NCBI GenBank assembly: GCA_964016885.1
Contig: OZ024750.1
Location: forward strand, 5,766,001-5,830,000
DNA length: 64,000 nt
Source of the DNA: Eledone cirrhosa
Lineage: Eukaryota
Direction: 5' to 3'
This document shows positions 14,141 through 29,460 of this stretch, piece by piece. Position 1 is the stretch's first letter, and each line of letters opens with the position of its first letter. Below the pieces are notes generated by a model. The model was not told the DNA's origin and made no database searches. It was given only the letters and a program-made list of their open reading frames with translations. The position numbers and the translations under genes are program-made.

Positions 14141-14645
14141 ATTCTCTACTATATATACACTTACTTAGAGACTTAGAAAAAGTTTGATTTAGCTAAATAA
14201 AATTCATTTACAAAGACTAATATTTTCATTCGTTCTATTTTTCCCTATTCTTTCCGCAAGAAATAAAAATATTTGTCATATGGTTTGGAAACATATCTTA
14301 TATTTTCTTTTACAAAACATATGTTTTAGAAAAGACACGAAGTTATTTTGTATCACTATAACAATTGGTAAAAAGATAAACGAAAACAACAACAAAAAAT
14401 TGTATTTTTCTTCTCTTAATAATTGCATTTTAAACAAAATAAAAAAACACACTAACATAATCTATAACAAACCATTATTGTTGTCATTGTTATTATTATT
14501 ATCATCATCATCATCATCATTATTATTATTATTATTATTATTTAATAAATAAATAAAGAAATCATTATTATTATTGTTGTATATTTCTTTTCAATCTCGC
14601 CATTCTAGCTCTCATTGTTTCTTTAATTGTAATTACGTATATTCT

Positions 14646-14697
<52 letters not shown>

Positions 14698-15359
14698 TAT
14701 ATATGTGTGTATATATATATATATATATACACATACACACTCACACACATATATATATATATAATATTAATTATATAATATATATAATATATATATATGT
14801 AATATATATATAAAATGATATAATGCATACCCTTCAAGGCCAACTTATATAAACAACTATATTTGCCCCTCTCTTTCATTCTCGAGTTTCTGTTTCATAT
14901 AATAGTTATCTCTTTCGAAAACACTTTCTCTCTTCCTCCTACTCTCTTACATAGCTTCAGTCTTTTATTCTTTCTTTACTTTCCTTTCACGCTTTCCTTT
15001 CTTTTCCTCTCCCCCCTTCGTTAGTTTTTCTCTCTCCTACATTGAATCTTATGTCTTTTTTTCCTCCCCAAATTTCTCCCGCAACCACTTTGCCATTTCC
15101 TAATGCTAGTCTCAGCATTTTACTGTCAGAATCTGCCTCTTTCTCATCATTCTCTTACGTCAGGTTTTACTCCTATTTGTCCCCTTTTCGTTCTTTCATC
15201 ACTAGGGCTTTTTATTCACCCCATACGTCATTTTCCACAACAAACATCTGTATGCCATTAACACCCTGTCCATGTTGCAATGTCTCTATTCTCTATATTC
15301 AAGAGAATCAGAATATAGTAATTGCATCAAACATTACTACCTCTCGGTACACATTGGCT

Positions 15360-16105
15360 AGGTGGTGGTGGTGGTGGTGTGGTGTAGTTGTGTTGGTAGT
15401 GGTGGTGGTGGTGGTGTGGTGTAGTTGTGTTGGTAGTGGTGGTGGTGGTGGTGTGGTGTAGTTGTGTTGGTAGTGGTGGTGGTGGTGTGGTGTAGTTGTG
15501 TTGGTAGTGGTGGTGGTGGTGTGGTGTAGTTGTGTTGGTAGTGGTGTGGTGTAGTTGTGTTGGTAGTGGTGGTGGTGGTGTGGTGTAGTTGTGTTGGTGG
15601 TGGTGGTTGTGGTGTGGTGTAGTAGTGGTGGTGGTGGTGTGGTGTAGTTGTGTTGGTAGTGGTGGTGGTGGTTGTGGTTGTGTTGGTAGTGGTGGTGGTT
15701 GTGGTTGTGTTGGTGTGGCTGTGTTGGTAGTGGTGGTGGTGGTTGTGTGGTTGTGTTGGTAGTGGTGGTGGTGGTGTGGTGTAGTTGTGTTGGTGGTGGT
15801 GGTTGTGGTTGTGGTTGTGTTGGTAGTGGTGGTGGTTGTGGTTGTGTTGGTGTGGCTGTGTTGGTAGTGGTGGTGGTGGTGGTGGTTGTGTGGTTGTGTT
15901 GGTAGTGGTGTTGGTGTTGGTAGTGGTGGTGGTGGTGGTGGTGGTTGTGTGGTTGTGTTGGTAGTGGTGTTGGTGTTGGTGGTGGTGGTGTGGTGTAGTT
16001 GTGTTGGTAGTGGTGGTGGTGGTTGTGGTTGTGTTGGTGTGGTTGTGTTGGTAATGGTGGTGGTGGTGGTTGTGGTTGTGTGGTTGTGGTGTGGTACGGT
16101 TGTGG
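15360..16105. repeat. GT-rich minisatellite (GTGGTGTAGTTGTGTTGGTA + (GTG)n)
   Basis: Seen directly. Confidence 0.9.
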
Positions 16106-16154
16106 TCGACTCTAACAGGATCATTGACACACTGGGAATACAAAGTGTATACGC

Positions 16155-16185
<31 letters not shown>

Positions 16186-16396
16186 CATTATATATATATA
16201 TACATACATATACATATATATATACATATATATATGCGTCTGTGCGTGTGCGTGTGTGTTTATATATATGTATAATTTTATATATATATATGTACACAAA
16301 CACAAATATATGTATATAGGCGCAACATTTTAATTGGTGTGGTATAATGTCCTTATATATACATATATATACATATATATATATGTTTATACATGC

Positions 16397-16427
<31 letters not shown>

Positions 16428-16528
16428 CACTACCATACACACGTACATCACCTAACTGGGTTATTGCATTTTGTGTTGTGTTTCGGTTAGTTTAGTCTTG
16501 CTGTATGTTGTTGTTCGCTTGTGTACTG

Positions 16529-16597
<69 letters not shown>

Positions 16598-17349
16598 TAT
16601 AATGTCTCTGATACTATGTGGAATAAGATCGCCTTTCAAAGGTCCCTGGTACGAATAGTTTCTTCTGTTAATAGGATTAAGTATTTACTGCACTATAGAG
16701 TATATCGTATTAGTTTAACTGATATCCACAACTCAACACCAATGTTTTGTTTGTTTTGTTTTTGGATAGTTTTAGTTTGATGTATTTAATTGTTGGGGAT
16801 AGAGTTCTGTAAGGAATAATTATACATATATTATATCAAGCGTCTGATAATATGTGGAACGGTTGAAAGGTCTTCTTTAATCCTTTAAACCGAGTATTTA
16901 TTTGTACTTTGTGTAATGTGTTTTGGCTAGATTTAGCTTGTTATATGTGGTTGGTTGGGGTTGTGTAAGATAAATTATATTTATTTTATCATGCATTTGG
17001 TATCATGTGACTTTCATGTTATCTAAGATCCCCGTTGAAAGGTAGGAAGTGTTTTTTTAATTTCTATTTTGTTTCACTGAGTAATTGTATTTTGTGGAGT
17101 GTGGTTTGGCTGGGTTTAGGATGTTGTATTTCGTTGGATAGGGTTGTATACGTAAACATTATATATATTGTATCATGCCTCTGATACGGTATGAAGTAAG
17201 ATCCTGATGAAAGGTCTCTTTCTAGTATGAGGGATGTTTCTGGGGTATGATTTAGTGTACTACGGTGTATATCTTACCAAATGATCTTATCGCCACAACT
17301 CAATAGAAACCAGATATTTAAGTCAATTGCAGACCAAGTAAACAATGTT

Positions 17350-17602
17350 TGTGTGTGTGTGACAGCTTACATCTATACAGGTTTAGCTGACCTCCTCCAA
17401 GGTATATCTCGTTGGAGATGTCTTGGGTGAATTAATGATAGGGACCCCAGTCCTATCATCTCATTTCTACAGCTGAGTAAACTGGAGCAACGTGAAATAA
17501 AGTGTCTTGCTCAAGGAAACAACACATCACCCGGTTCGAGAATTGAACTCACAACCTTTCGATTTCAAGCCCAATGCTCCAACCACTAAGCCATGCGCCT
17601 AC
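17350..17602 (-). mobile_element. CORE-type tRNA SINE, tail type B
   Basis: Reverse complement of 59158-59405; short direct repeat ACAATGTTT on both flanks. Confidence 0.9.
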
Positions 17603-18262
17603 ACAAGACAATGTTTTCATTTACTTTTTTCACTGATGCTACTATCTGTTGGTTACAACCGACAGAAGGAACAACGTGAAGTAGATATTTTGACCAAGAA
17701 AACAAATCGAACATATGTCCTTATGATCGTGTGTTCAACACCCTAATCACCAAGCCGCATCTAGTTTTCTTTAACATACCCTAATTAAAATACAATGCCC
17801 TAGATTAATAAGATTGTGAAGAAACATACTTTTGAATAATAGGATAGGTATCGTGTATCATTCTGCATATTCTTACAGAACTAGGCACAGAAAAAATATA
17901 TCGTATATACAAGCAAAGGAAAACAGACGACTTCAGTGAAAAGGATTTTGCAAGTGGTCTAATGCTTCGGCCATTTTAAGTGTCCAATTGATGTTCTAAA
18001 ATAACACACAGTGCCAGAGATTAGACACGAACTAAAGAACAGAAACATACTTGTTTTATTCTGTCATCCATTACGTAATATTTTCTTCGTAAATAAACAT
18101 CTCAAAAGCGTTTGTAATATATATATATATATATATATGTGCGTGCGTGTGTATATCTAGATATATACATATATATACATATATATTTATATATATATGT
18201 ATATATACATATATAGCTAGATAGATGGATGCACACACATACATACACACACCTACACATAC

Positions 18263-18293
<31 letters not shown>

Positions 18294-18327
18294 TGTATGT
18301 ATGTATGTATGTATGTATGTATGTATG

Positions 18328-18409
<82 letters not shown>

Positions 18410-18822
18410 GAGACTCTTCTAATGTTATTCGCAGCTATAACGATTCCAGTCATTAATATTCCGATAAATATAGTGATTTCCCATGAAACAAATTCTTCTT
18501 TCATATTTTGTCATGCATAGAAAGAATCTCGATATCGGCGATCAGGTTTTAACATCAATATTTATCAATATCTTTCCCATGCCGATATTAGGACATAATC
18601 CTCCTTTAATCTATCTAACCATGCATCTATGGCGAGCATTTATATCTACACCCGCCTATATATCAATGTTCGATTTTCAATCTCCCTTTCTTTCAAAATA
18701 AACAATTATTCTACCGTTCCTTTAAACGACCACTAACCCTATTTTACGCTTTACATCCATTTCACCAATTATATATATATATATACGTACAAATGTCTTT
18801 CTCTCTGTCCACACACACACAC

Positions 18823-18873
<51 letters not shown>

Positions 18874-18940
18874 AAGAAAAAGCGAGATGTGTGCGAGTAA
18901 AAATGTATAATATATGATATATATGTATTTATCTATCAAT

Positions 18941-19155
18941 GCGGTGGATTGGCAGTATCGGTAGAGAGTCGGACGCCATGCTTTGCAGCAAAGAGTTACG
19001 GCCCTTTATGATCTGAGTTCAAATCCCGCCGAGGTTAACTTTGCCTTTCATCCTCATGGGGTCGATAAAATAAAGTACTAGTCAGTACTGGGGTCGATTT
19101 AATCGACTTTCCCCTCCCCCCAAATCACTGGCCTTGTGCCTATATAAGAAACCAT

Positions 19156-19158
<3 letters not shown>
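18941..19158 (+). mobile_element. Family A SINE, long-tail variant
   Basis: Full head and body plus a GTCGATTTAATCGAC palindrome insert; flanked by a ~70-bp direct duplication. Confidence 0.9.
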
Positions 19159-19187
<29 letters not shown>

Positions 19188-19336
19188 CACACACGCACAC
19201 TCACACACACATATATATATATATATATATAAAGAAAAAGAGAGATGTGTGCGAGTAAAAATGTATAATATATGATATATATGTATTTATCTATCAATAT
19301 ATATATATATATATACACACACATACACACACACAC

Positions 19337-19380
<44 letters not shown>

Positions 19381-19890
19381 GTGTGTGTGTTTGTGTTTTT
19401 GAGTGTGTGTGTCTGTCTCTCTCTCTCTCTGTATAATATATTTATATACTTGCATTCATACATATACACACACTAGCAGACACACACGCATATATATAAA
19501 TGTATATATAATATTTTCGTCATGCAAAATATACATATATGCAGGCGTGCAATCCGAGACGTCTGTGACATTTTCCATGAAAATATTTTATGGCGGCAAC
19601 TTAGAAATATCTCAGTCGAGAATAATGTTAAAATGTTTTAGAATATTGCTACATTCAACAGGTCACTATACATTCAAATACTTACATTCACATGCACACA
19701 CACACACATATATATATGTATGTATGTACGTATGTGTATACGTATGTATATATATATATATATGTATATATGTATATATGTGTATATATATATATATATA
19801 TGTGTATATATATATATATATGTGTATATATATATATATATATGTGTATATATATATATATGTGTATATATATATATATGTGTGTGTATG

Positions 19891-19923
<33 letters not shown>

Positions 19924-19942
19924 GTGTATATATATATATATA

Positions 19943-20047
<105 letters not shown>

Positions 20048-20541
20048 CCATCTGGAGAGAAATGAAAATTGATATATATATATTTATATATATATATTTA
20101 TATATATATATTTATATATATAGTCTATCCTTACATAACTTCTAGAATATAGTAGAACAACCAAGCGCAGCAAGCATGCACAATTTAAAACACCTCATAG
20201 GGATTAAGGGCAAAACATATTATCACAATCTGTTTGAAGTATATAATAAACACTGCCTACTGAATAGTGATTCATATACGTATATATATATATATAACTG
20301 CATGACTAAACACACACGTGATTTCCTCCAGTAAATTCTTTTTCTGCTTCTTTCTTTTATTGCTCTAGTCTAATCTTCTAGTTCTTATATCTCTCTAGCT
20401 CTCATGCTATCTTTCGATGAAAGAAACACATCCGAAACATTTAACCTTTTTCTTACTATATCAAGCGTTAAATTTAATATACAAATACCATCGTACTGTA
20501 TCGTTTGCCTGTGTTTTTTACCTTTTGACTTTTCGTGTTTG

Positions 20542-20573
<32 letters not shown>

Positions 20574-20584
20574 GAGTTTGCTTT

Positions 20585-20672
<88 letters not shown>

Positions 20673-20764
20673 ATATGAGTTCTTGTGTGATAGCCATTAT
20701 CTAAATAAAATGAGTATTAAAACTCTACTTCGGTATTAAGTACACTTTTCCCTCAGCTGTCATC

Positions 20765-20800
<36 letters not shown>

Positions 20801-20825
20801 AGCAGTAGTACTAACATAAAATGTT

Positions 20826-20943
20826 TAATAATTGTTTCTACTTTTGGCAGAAGGCCAGCAATTACCCAGTGCATTACTGGTACTTTATTTTATCTACCCC
20901 GTGGGGATGAAAGGCAAGTTAACCTCGGCGGGATTTGAACTCA
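20826..20943 (-). mobile_element. Family A SINE, 5'-truncated
   Basis: Matches family A from the B box to the tail. Confidence 0.85.
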
Positions 20944-21405
20944 TAAGTAAATATGTATATATCATACATGATCATTTAAAAATATCTAACCGGTTATTTT
21001 GACGTGCCCTATATTATTAAAAGGATGTTTTATTCTTTGGTGATTATCTCCTTTATAAAGTTAACATTATATGTGTTCTACCATTTCAGAAACAAGAAGT
21101 AAACAAAGATTTTTAGATTGAAAAGATGACTTTTAAAATGATGACATTATCTTAAACTTTGTTTACCGAAGCTGGCATAAACTTCTATAGAGACTTTAAA
21201 AAAGCGAAATAAGAGCCACAAGGACAATATTTTCTATTTTGCGATGTTATAAAGATATTTTATATAGTTGTTCGAATATTAGAAAATATCAGCCATTACA
21301 GAACTTTTAAGTGTTTACGGTACTTGCTAAAAGTAGCAACCAAATATTACTAAAACTTTACCGTGTATTAAAAATAGTTGAGAATACGTTATAATCGAGA
21401 CCTTG

Positions 21406-21436
<31 letters not shown>

Positions 21437-22799
21437 ATTAGTATTTTACCATTGAATAGCACAAATTTACAGTTCAAGGGATAACATCATTTAGTTAAAT
21501 AGTTGATCACGAACTACTGCCAAAAAACATCTTTATTTCAGAGGGATTACTGGCAGTCCTCAACATCTTGCAATATATTGAGGTAGAAACAATCAATTTT
21601 AACTGTTTCTTCTTACTAAGAAACATTGATAAGAAAGAAAACAGTTAATACACTTTGTCTTTGTCTACACAAAGCTGTCATTCTGTCATGCTACTTTCAT
21701 TTGTAGTATAAAGTCCTTGATTATGATAAATATCTTTAAATCAACCCCCTTCAATGAGTTTACCACAAAGGATATATTTAGCCTGTATCACCAGAATATA
21801 TCCATGAATCAACATTGAATAATATAAATGTTGACTTTGATATGACAATAGTATATAACTGAAGTCAATATTACAGAGATTGTGAGTCGCCGTAGTTATT
21901 TATGTGGGAAGGAAAGAAAGGATCCAATAGCAAACAAACAATATATATGAATAACAACAGAATTAATCATCCGCAATACTTCAATATCAATGATTATTGT
22001 TTGTTTTATCAGCACAGTTTACAAGCTGAAAGTGTTTAAAATAGAGATAATACTGCATAGATAAAATATCGTTAACTTCATTGAAAGGTCGGCTTTTCTG
22101 GCAATATTTTCGTATTTGCAAACTTAATTAACACTTTACAAAAAGGTTTCCTTTTCCAATCATTCGAGCAATTATCAAACCGTGAACTCGGTTTCTATCA
22201 TCTTTTTTTTTTCAATATTTATATTTAACTATATAATGAATATAATTACAAAAAGAAAAATTAATAATTATCAAATAATAGCAATATTTTCTAATCTAGT
22301 CAGAAAACTGCACATTTTTGTGAGAATTCTTGACTACTTATTTTATGGATTCCAAACGGATGAATGGCAAAGTCAGTCGTGCCAGGATTTTAACTCAGAA
22401 CGTAAAGTAAAGTTATTAAAACAACTATTTCGGCGCTCTACTGATTTTGCCAATTCACACATTTTATAACAACGAGTACAACAATAATAATTCTTTCTAC
22501 TTTTGGCACAAGGCCAGCAATTATCCCAGTGCATTACTGGTACTTTATTTTATTGACCCCGTAAATCGCTTCTAATTTTTGCATAAGACCAGTAATCTAG
22601 CTAGAACCTAATTAGTTAAAGAACTCGCCCAGCTACACTAGTTTGGGCTGACCCTTCTAAATATCTACTTTTCTCGGCCGGACATATGCTTTCTTGTAAT
22701 CCACTCACTGTTACGGGGTACACTCAAGAAGTTTTGAGACTTTTTTCTTTACAGACCCAGGTAATTGTCACTCCAGTACATCCTTGATATAGTTAGAAT

Positions 22800-23036
22800 C
22801 TCCCTTACATCCTCCGGGGAAACGCCTTCTCCATTCTGTCCGCCGGGGCTGTGGGGAGGCCAGCACATGGGACCCCATTTGCTCACCATACGGAGAGATG
22901 GGGAGGCCAGCACGTGGGACCCCATTTGCTCACCATACGGAGAGATGGGGAGGCCAGCACGTGGGACCCCATTCGCTCACCATACGGAGAGATGGAGAGG
23001 GCCAGAGAGATGGAGGCGATGACAGTGGGAGTTCGA
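22800..23036. mobile_element. Family D fragment with an internal 47-bp x3 tandem
   Basis: Units start at 22852, 22899 and 22946; a single-unit copy lies at 59468-59598. Confidence 0.85.
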
Positions 23037-23789
23037 CTGACTGATCCTGGGAACATTCATTTGCCGTTGCCATAATTTCAATAAAATCAAATTAAACTCC
23101 TCTAAAACCACAGGTAACAAGGCTGTAATGTTACCATCGTCTTTTTCTTAATATTTTCCAGTACCTGCAATTTCTTCGATATCAACCGATACATTTATTT
23201 TAATAAGCTAACATGCCAAATCTTTTGTTTCTAGGTTGAAGACTCGGGCCGTCACAGCACCATCATACATGTCTTGTCACAGGTGACTGAATCCACAATA
23301 CAGTCGGGACGTGAGGACAACTAGTTGTTCTTCTCTTGTAGTTTTACTCTTATTTGCACGAGAATATAGATTAATATGCCGAAGAAGCTTCTACGGGGCG
23401 ACAGCATATCAAGTATTCCCGCTACAATTCAACTAGTTAAATAACTCGCCTACATTGCTTTTGTCGGCCTTTGAGTGATGTTATGTATGGCTGACATTTA
23501 AGGATCTGAACACCGACTGTAGAGTTATGTAACTATTCCACTTACTCTGGTCATTTAACATTTCTGCCGATCCTTACACTTCACCTTAAATTATTATAAA
23601 GTTAACAACAACAAATAACATATTTAAGTATACAGTAAAAGGAAAGAGAAACGGTGATCTATATCTTAAGATATTTCGATAAAAAGCTGACATTAAATTT
23701 GTCAGTATTTTCTGTATGTGTAGCCATGAATGTATAGCTATGAATGTGCCTAGGTTTGAATATAAACATACGTATATAATTACGTAGGA

Positions 23790-24102
23790 TGGGTATACAT
23801 ATATATACATGTATGCACGTACACACATATATATATCTACATATACATACATACACACATATCCATATATACAAATATATATGTGTGTGTGTGTATATAT
23901 ATATATATACATACATATGTGTATATATATATACATATGTGTATATATATATATATACATACATACGTGTATATATATATATATATACATACAAACATAC
24001 ATATGTGTATATATATATTTATATATATACATACAAACATACATACATATGTGTATATATATATTTATACATACATACATACATACATATATATATATAT
24101 TC

Positions 24103-24136
<34 letters not shown>

Positions 24137-24148
24137 ACATATATATAT

Positions 24149-24213
<65 letters not shown>

Positions 24214-24270
24214 TACATATATACATATATATATATATATACATATATATATACATATATATATATATAC

Positions 24271-24320
<50 letters not shown>

Positions 24321-24326
24321 ATATAC

Positions 24327-24374
<48 letters not shown>

Positions 24375-24475
24375 ATATATATATATATACATAGGAATAC
24401 ACACACACACATATATATTATATCAATACAAACATAAATAGATTCATAGATACATACATATATACACACATACAT
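23790..24475. repeat. (TA)n/(TACA)n microsatellite
   Basis: Seen directly. Confidence 0.95.
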
Positions 24476-24601
24476 GCAAATCACATTCTATGTTTTTCTG
24501 CTGATATGGCAGTACTTCTCTCATAGACAAACTAAGAACATGACAATAGCTGAAGAAAACATACAAACGCATCTCTCTTTCTCCCTTTCTCTCTATCTAT
24601 A

Positions 24602-24645
<44 letters not shown>

Positions 24646-24759
24646 CACATATATATATGTATATATATACATATAAATATATATGTGTATATATATATAT
24701 GTATATATGTATATATCTATATTTGCCTATGTTTGTATATGTGTCTGTGTCTATGCATG

Positions 24760-24826
<67 letters not shown>

Positions 24827-25429
24827 ATGCATGTATGTGTGTGTGTGTGCGTATGCGTCTGGATAGTCTCTCACACGCATCAATCATCTGTTGAAAGAAA
24901 GAAATAAGAAAGCAACAAGCAAATAAATAAACCAAGAAAGTAATAAACCAAGAAAATAATAATAATAAAAATAACAATAATAAAATCTGGCAGTAAACCA
25001 AGATAATATCTTGAGACCATTGTTTTCTCTTTTCAATTTAAGCAACACCATCATAATGATGGCAATTCACCAGGACGATACTGTTTCCAAAATTGTGATT
25101 GAAAATAATTATGATCAGTTCTCAGTGAAAATATATTGGGAGAATGCGTGAAATAAATATCTTGTAAGAGAATTCACTTTGAAATATTTACTACGTTGCT
25201 GCTCCGGTGAATATTTTTAACTCACAAATCTTGTGTCTATGGTTTTCTTAATGGTTTAATACATTGGTAAAGACGAGGGAAAGAAAAATATACAGAGAGG
25301 CTTTAGCATAAGTGTTTTATTATAACTACTTCTGTAAATCTACTGTTCGGAGTTCAAATTATACCATTAGAAGCTAGTTTTCATAATTTCAAAGCGAATG
25401 AGGCATGTACCAGTAATATATTGGATTCT

Positions 25430-25568
25430 TATAAAGGCACAAGGCCAGCAATTTTGGGGGAGGGAAAAGTCGATTAAATCGACTCCAGTGCGTGACTGGT
25501 ACTTTATTTTATCGACCTCGTAAGGATGAAAGGCAAAGTTAACCTGGGTGGGATTTGAACTCAGATCA
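25430..25568 (-). mobile_element. Family A SINE long-tail variant, truncated
   Basis: Sequence match to the other family A copies. Confidence 0.85.
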
Positions 25569-25892
25569 TTAAATTGATTGATTCAATTGATTATATTCAA
25601 TTTATTCATTATCAGCGACCTAAAATTAGTTGGAAATTGCTACTCTGGTCTCAGAAGTATTTTGGTTTTTGACCAGTGCTATAGCTTCTTGGAAATAGAG
25701 ATTGCTTTTATGTCCCAGAGAAAGTTTAATACTGTTAGCGATATGTGACTCAGTTTCTTGGTGGTGGATTAGCAGAATCGGTAAAGCGTCGGACGACATG
25801 CTTTACTGTTTATAGTTACGTTCTGAGTTCAAATCCCGCTTTTCATCAATACATGGCCGATATATAACCTTATGTTTAATTGTAATACTCAA

Positions 25893-25936
25893 CATTTGAT
25901 AAGACGAATTTTACTAATACATCGAAACCGGTAATA
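25893..25936 (+). ncRNA. Decayed hammerhead candidate with a U3:A8 core
   Basis: TTGATAA 25896-25902, imperfect stem II, GAAA-CCGG-TA (palindrome ACCGGT); stem I has only 2 bp. Confidence 0.35.
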
Positions 25937-26049
25937 CTTTATATACTTTATATATTTTATAAAACTCTTATTTTAAAAGAATTGTCCCTCTCATTTTTTC
26001 AATAATGTCACTTTGACGAATCAAAGGTAGGGGAAAAAATCTCTCTCTC

Positions 26050-26096
26050 TATATATATATGATATATATATATATATATATATCATATCTTATATA

Positions 26097-26170
<74 letters not shown>

Positions 26171-26251
26171 TATCTTATATATGCATATATATATATATAT
26201 ATATATCATATCTTATATATGCATATATATATATATATCATATCTTATATA

Positions 26252-26316
<65 letters not shown>

Positions 26317-26403
26317 TATCTTATATATGCATATATATATATATATCATATCTTATATATGTATATGCATATATATATCATATCTTATATATGTATATGC
26401 ATG

Positions 26404-26450
<47 letters not shown>

Positions 26451-26646
26451 GCATATATATATATACATATATATATATATGTATATGCATATATATATAT
26501 ATATATACATATATAAGATATGATATATATAATTATATATATGCCTATACATATATAAGATATGATATATATAATTATATATATGCCTATACATATATAA
26601 GATATGATATATATAATTATATATATGCCTATACATATATAAGATA

Positions 26647-26694
<48 letters not shown>

Positions 26695-26743
26695 TATCTT
26701 ATATATGTATATGCATATATATAATTATATATATCATATCTTA

Positions 26744-26792
<49 letters not shown>
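26050..26792. repeat. (TA)n-based minisatellite with TCATATCTTA units in both orientations
   Basis: TCATATCTTA units on either side of a block of TAAGATATGA units at 26512-26650. Confidence 0.9.
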
Positions 26793-26798
<6 letters not shown>

Positions 26799-27285
26799 CT
26801 AGTTCAGAAAATATATTAATGTGTATGGATGTATAGAGCGGCGGGTTGGATAATTTAAAATTATTTATTTATCAGTTAATCATTTCCCAATACACATTAT
26901 CGAAGCTTATATAGCTGTTACGACACTGGGTTTCTTTCTCTTTTTTTTTTACTGTTCCAGCCATATTAGTGATAAGATTTATAACACTTTTAGAAGCTTC
27001 AACAGAAGTCTTTGAAAACACCTGGTACTTTCTACAAAGTAATTTTTGGCATTTACTTTGCCAATTGAAATATTTGTTCAACGGTAAAGTTTGCATCTAT
27101 GCGAATAAACTAAAACATGTGTTGAAATATGGCTTCTCTGTCTGGCTGTGATCTACTTGTTGGGCTTCCATATAAACCCACACATGGTGTTCAAACGAAA
27201 ATATTCCTTTTATTATTCTGGTCTGTATTTTCTCTGTACCATACCAGAAGCATACACGTTCGAACATACACACGTGTACACACGG

Positions 27286-27369
<84 letters not shown>

Positions 27370-27373
<4 letters not shown>

Positions 27374-27653
27374 ATAATAATAAATTTGAAGACTAAAATC
27401 CAAAGAGGGCTCGATAAGGATAAATATATATCAAATATATGAGAACCATAGAGCAAATATTTATTAAAATAACAGATTAAAGTTTAAGCAAAGAATCGCT
27501 GCTTTCACCCTTAACGGGGTCTTCTGAAACTAACAAAGTCAATCTGTAAACGCAGAAGTGAATATTTCAAAAAACGTTGCAACCGGAGGATCCGGTTGCA
27601 ACGTTTAGGGTGAAAGCAGCGATTCTTTGCTTAAACTTTAATCTGTTATTTTA

Positions 27654-27657
<4 letters not shown>
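27370..27657. mobile_element. Family F foldback insert in (TA)n (tail plus 50-bp perfect inverted arms)
   Basis: Arms 27462-27511 and 27607-27656; nested 16-bp hairpin at 27572-27606. Confidence 0.85.
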
Positions 27658-27730
<73 letters not shown>

Positions 27731-27823
27731 CAAGATCCCAGACCTCATTCGCTTAACGAGTAGGGTGGAGCTCGTCAAATTGGACCGAGGAAACAATGTT
27801 TCCATTGGTCTTTCTAATTGGTA

Positions 27824-27864
<41 letters not shown>

Positions 27865-28709
27865 AAAGTGGTCTCTCTCTCTCTCTCTCTCTCTCTCTCC
27901 TTAACTTTCCAAACGTATCTTACTTTTAGCTTTACTATTTCACAATGAAAGACCAACGTTCGATACGTTGAAACATTCCCTTTCCTTTTCCAACAAACAA
28001 GACAACTTTAGCTGAAATATCCTCTCTATTCTGTCCGCCGGAACCGCGTGGGCCACCATTTGCTCATAATAGTGGGAGATGGCGAGAGTAAGAGAGACGG
28101 AGGTAGTGACAGTGGGAGTTTGGTTCCATTGTGTTTATTTACTACACCACATCTTAATACTCTTCTCAATTAAAGTTGACATGGGGTTAAAGAACAACAC
28201 CAAAATACTCAACATTTAAATACAAATATTGGTGTAATTTGTTTACTAAAAAAGGAAATAACAATTAAATAAAAACAAAAATAACAAACAAGCCCACACA
28301 CTAATAAAACAAAACAAAAGCAAAAATAAATAAATCAATAGATAAATAAACGGTCATCCGAGACTATATTTTTTTCTCCACACCACAAATACATATATGA
28401 TGATAAACAGTTTATCATATAAAAACAAAAGGACTATCTTTCTATAATATAGACCTGTCAACAATGTAGAAAATGTTAATTAGATCTGTCAAGAGAATGA
28501 AACGGAGAATTTACATGACTTCCACTAAGAGTACACTACTAAATACTATAAAATTTATCGAGAGAAACACGCAAGGTGTAAACTGTCATATTTTCCCAGT
28601 AATTTCTTTGATAGTAAATAAGCCAAAATTCCACACACCCAGACAAACACATACATTCATATGTCTATTCAATTTTATACATTCATTTGAAACTAGATTA
28701 CTTACATAC

Positions 28710-28756
28710 ATTATATATATATATATATATATATATACATACACATATGTATGTAG

Positions 28757-28833
<77 letters not shown>

Positions 28834-28997
28834 CATATATATATATTTATATATATATGTATATACATATATATATATTTATAAATATATATATATGTAT
28901 ATACATATATATATATTTATAAATATATATATATGTATATACATATATATATATGTATATAAATATATATATATATATGTATATAAATATATATGTG

Positions 28998-29045
<48 letters not shown>

Positions 29046-29460
29046 AATATATATGTGTATATAAATATATATATATATATCTGTGTATATAAATATATAT
29101 ATATATATTTATATATGTATATATATATATATGTATATAAATATATATATATATGTATATAAATATATATATATTTATAAAAATATATATATATATATAT
29201 AAATATATATATATATGTGTATATAAATATATATATATTTATAAAAATATATATATATATATGTGTATATAAATATATATATATATGTGTATATAAATAT
29301 ATATATATATGTGTATATAAATATATATATATATGTGTATATAAATATATATATATATATTTGTGTATATAAATATATATATATAAATATATATATAAAT
29401 ATATATATATATGCGTGTATATAAATATATATATATATGTGTGTGTGTATGTATATGTGT
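28710..29460. repeat. (TA)n microsatellite with TAAA/TGTA interruptions
   Basis: Seen directly. Confidence 0.95.

Noticed and set aside
27097-27200. HSQTEKPY resembling a C2H2 zinc-finger linker
   Set aside because: No correctly spaced Cys/His pairs on either side
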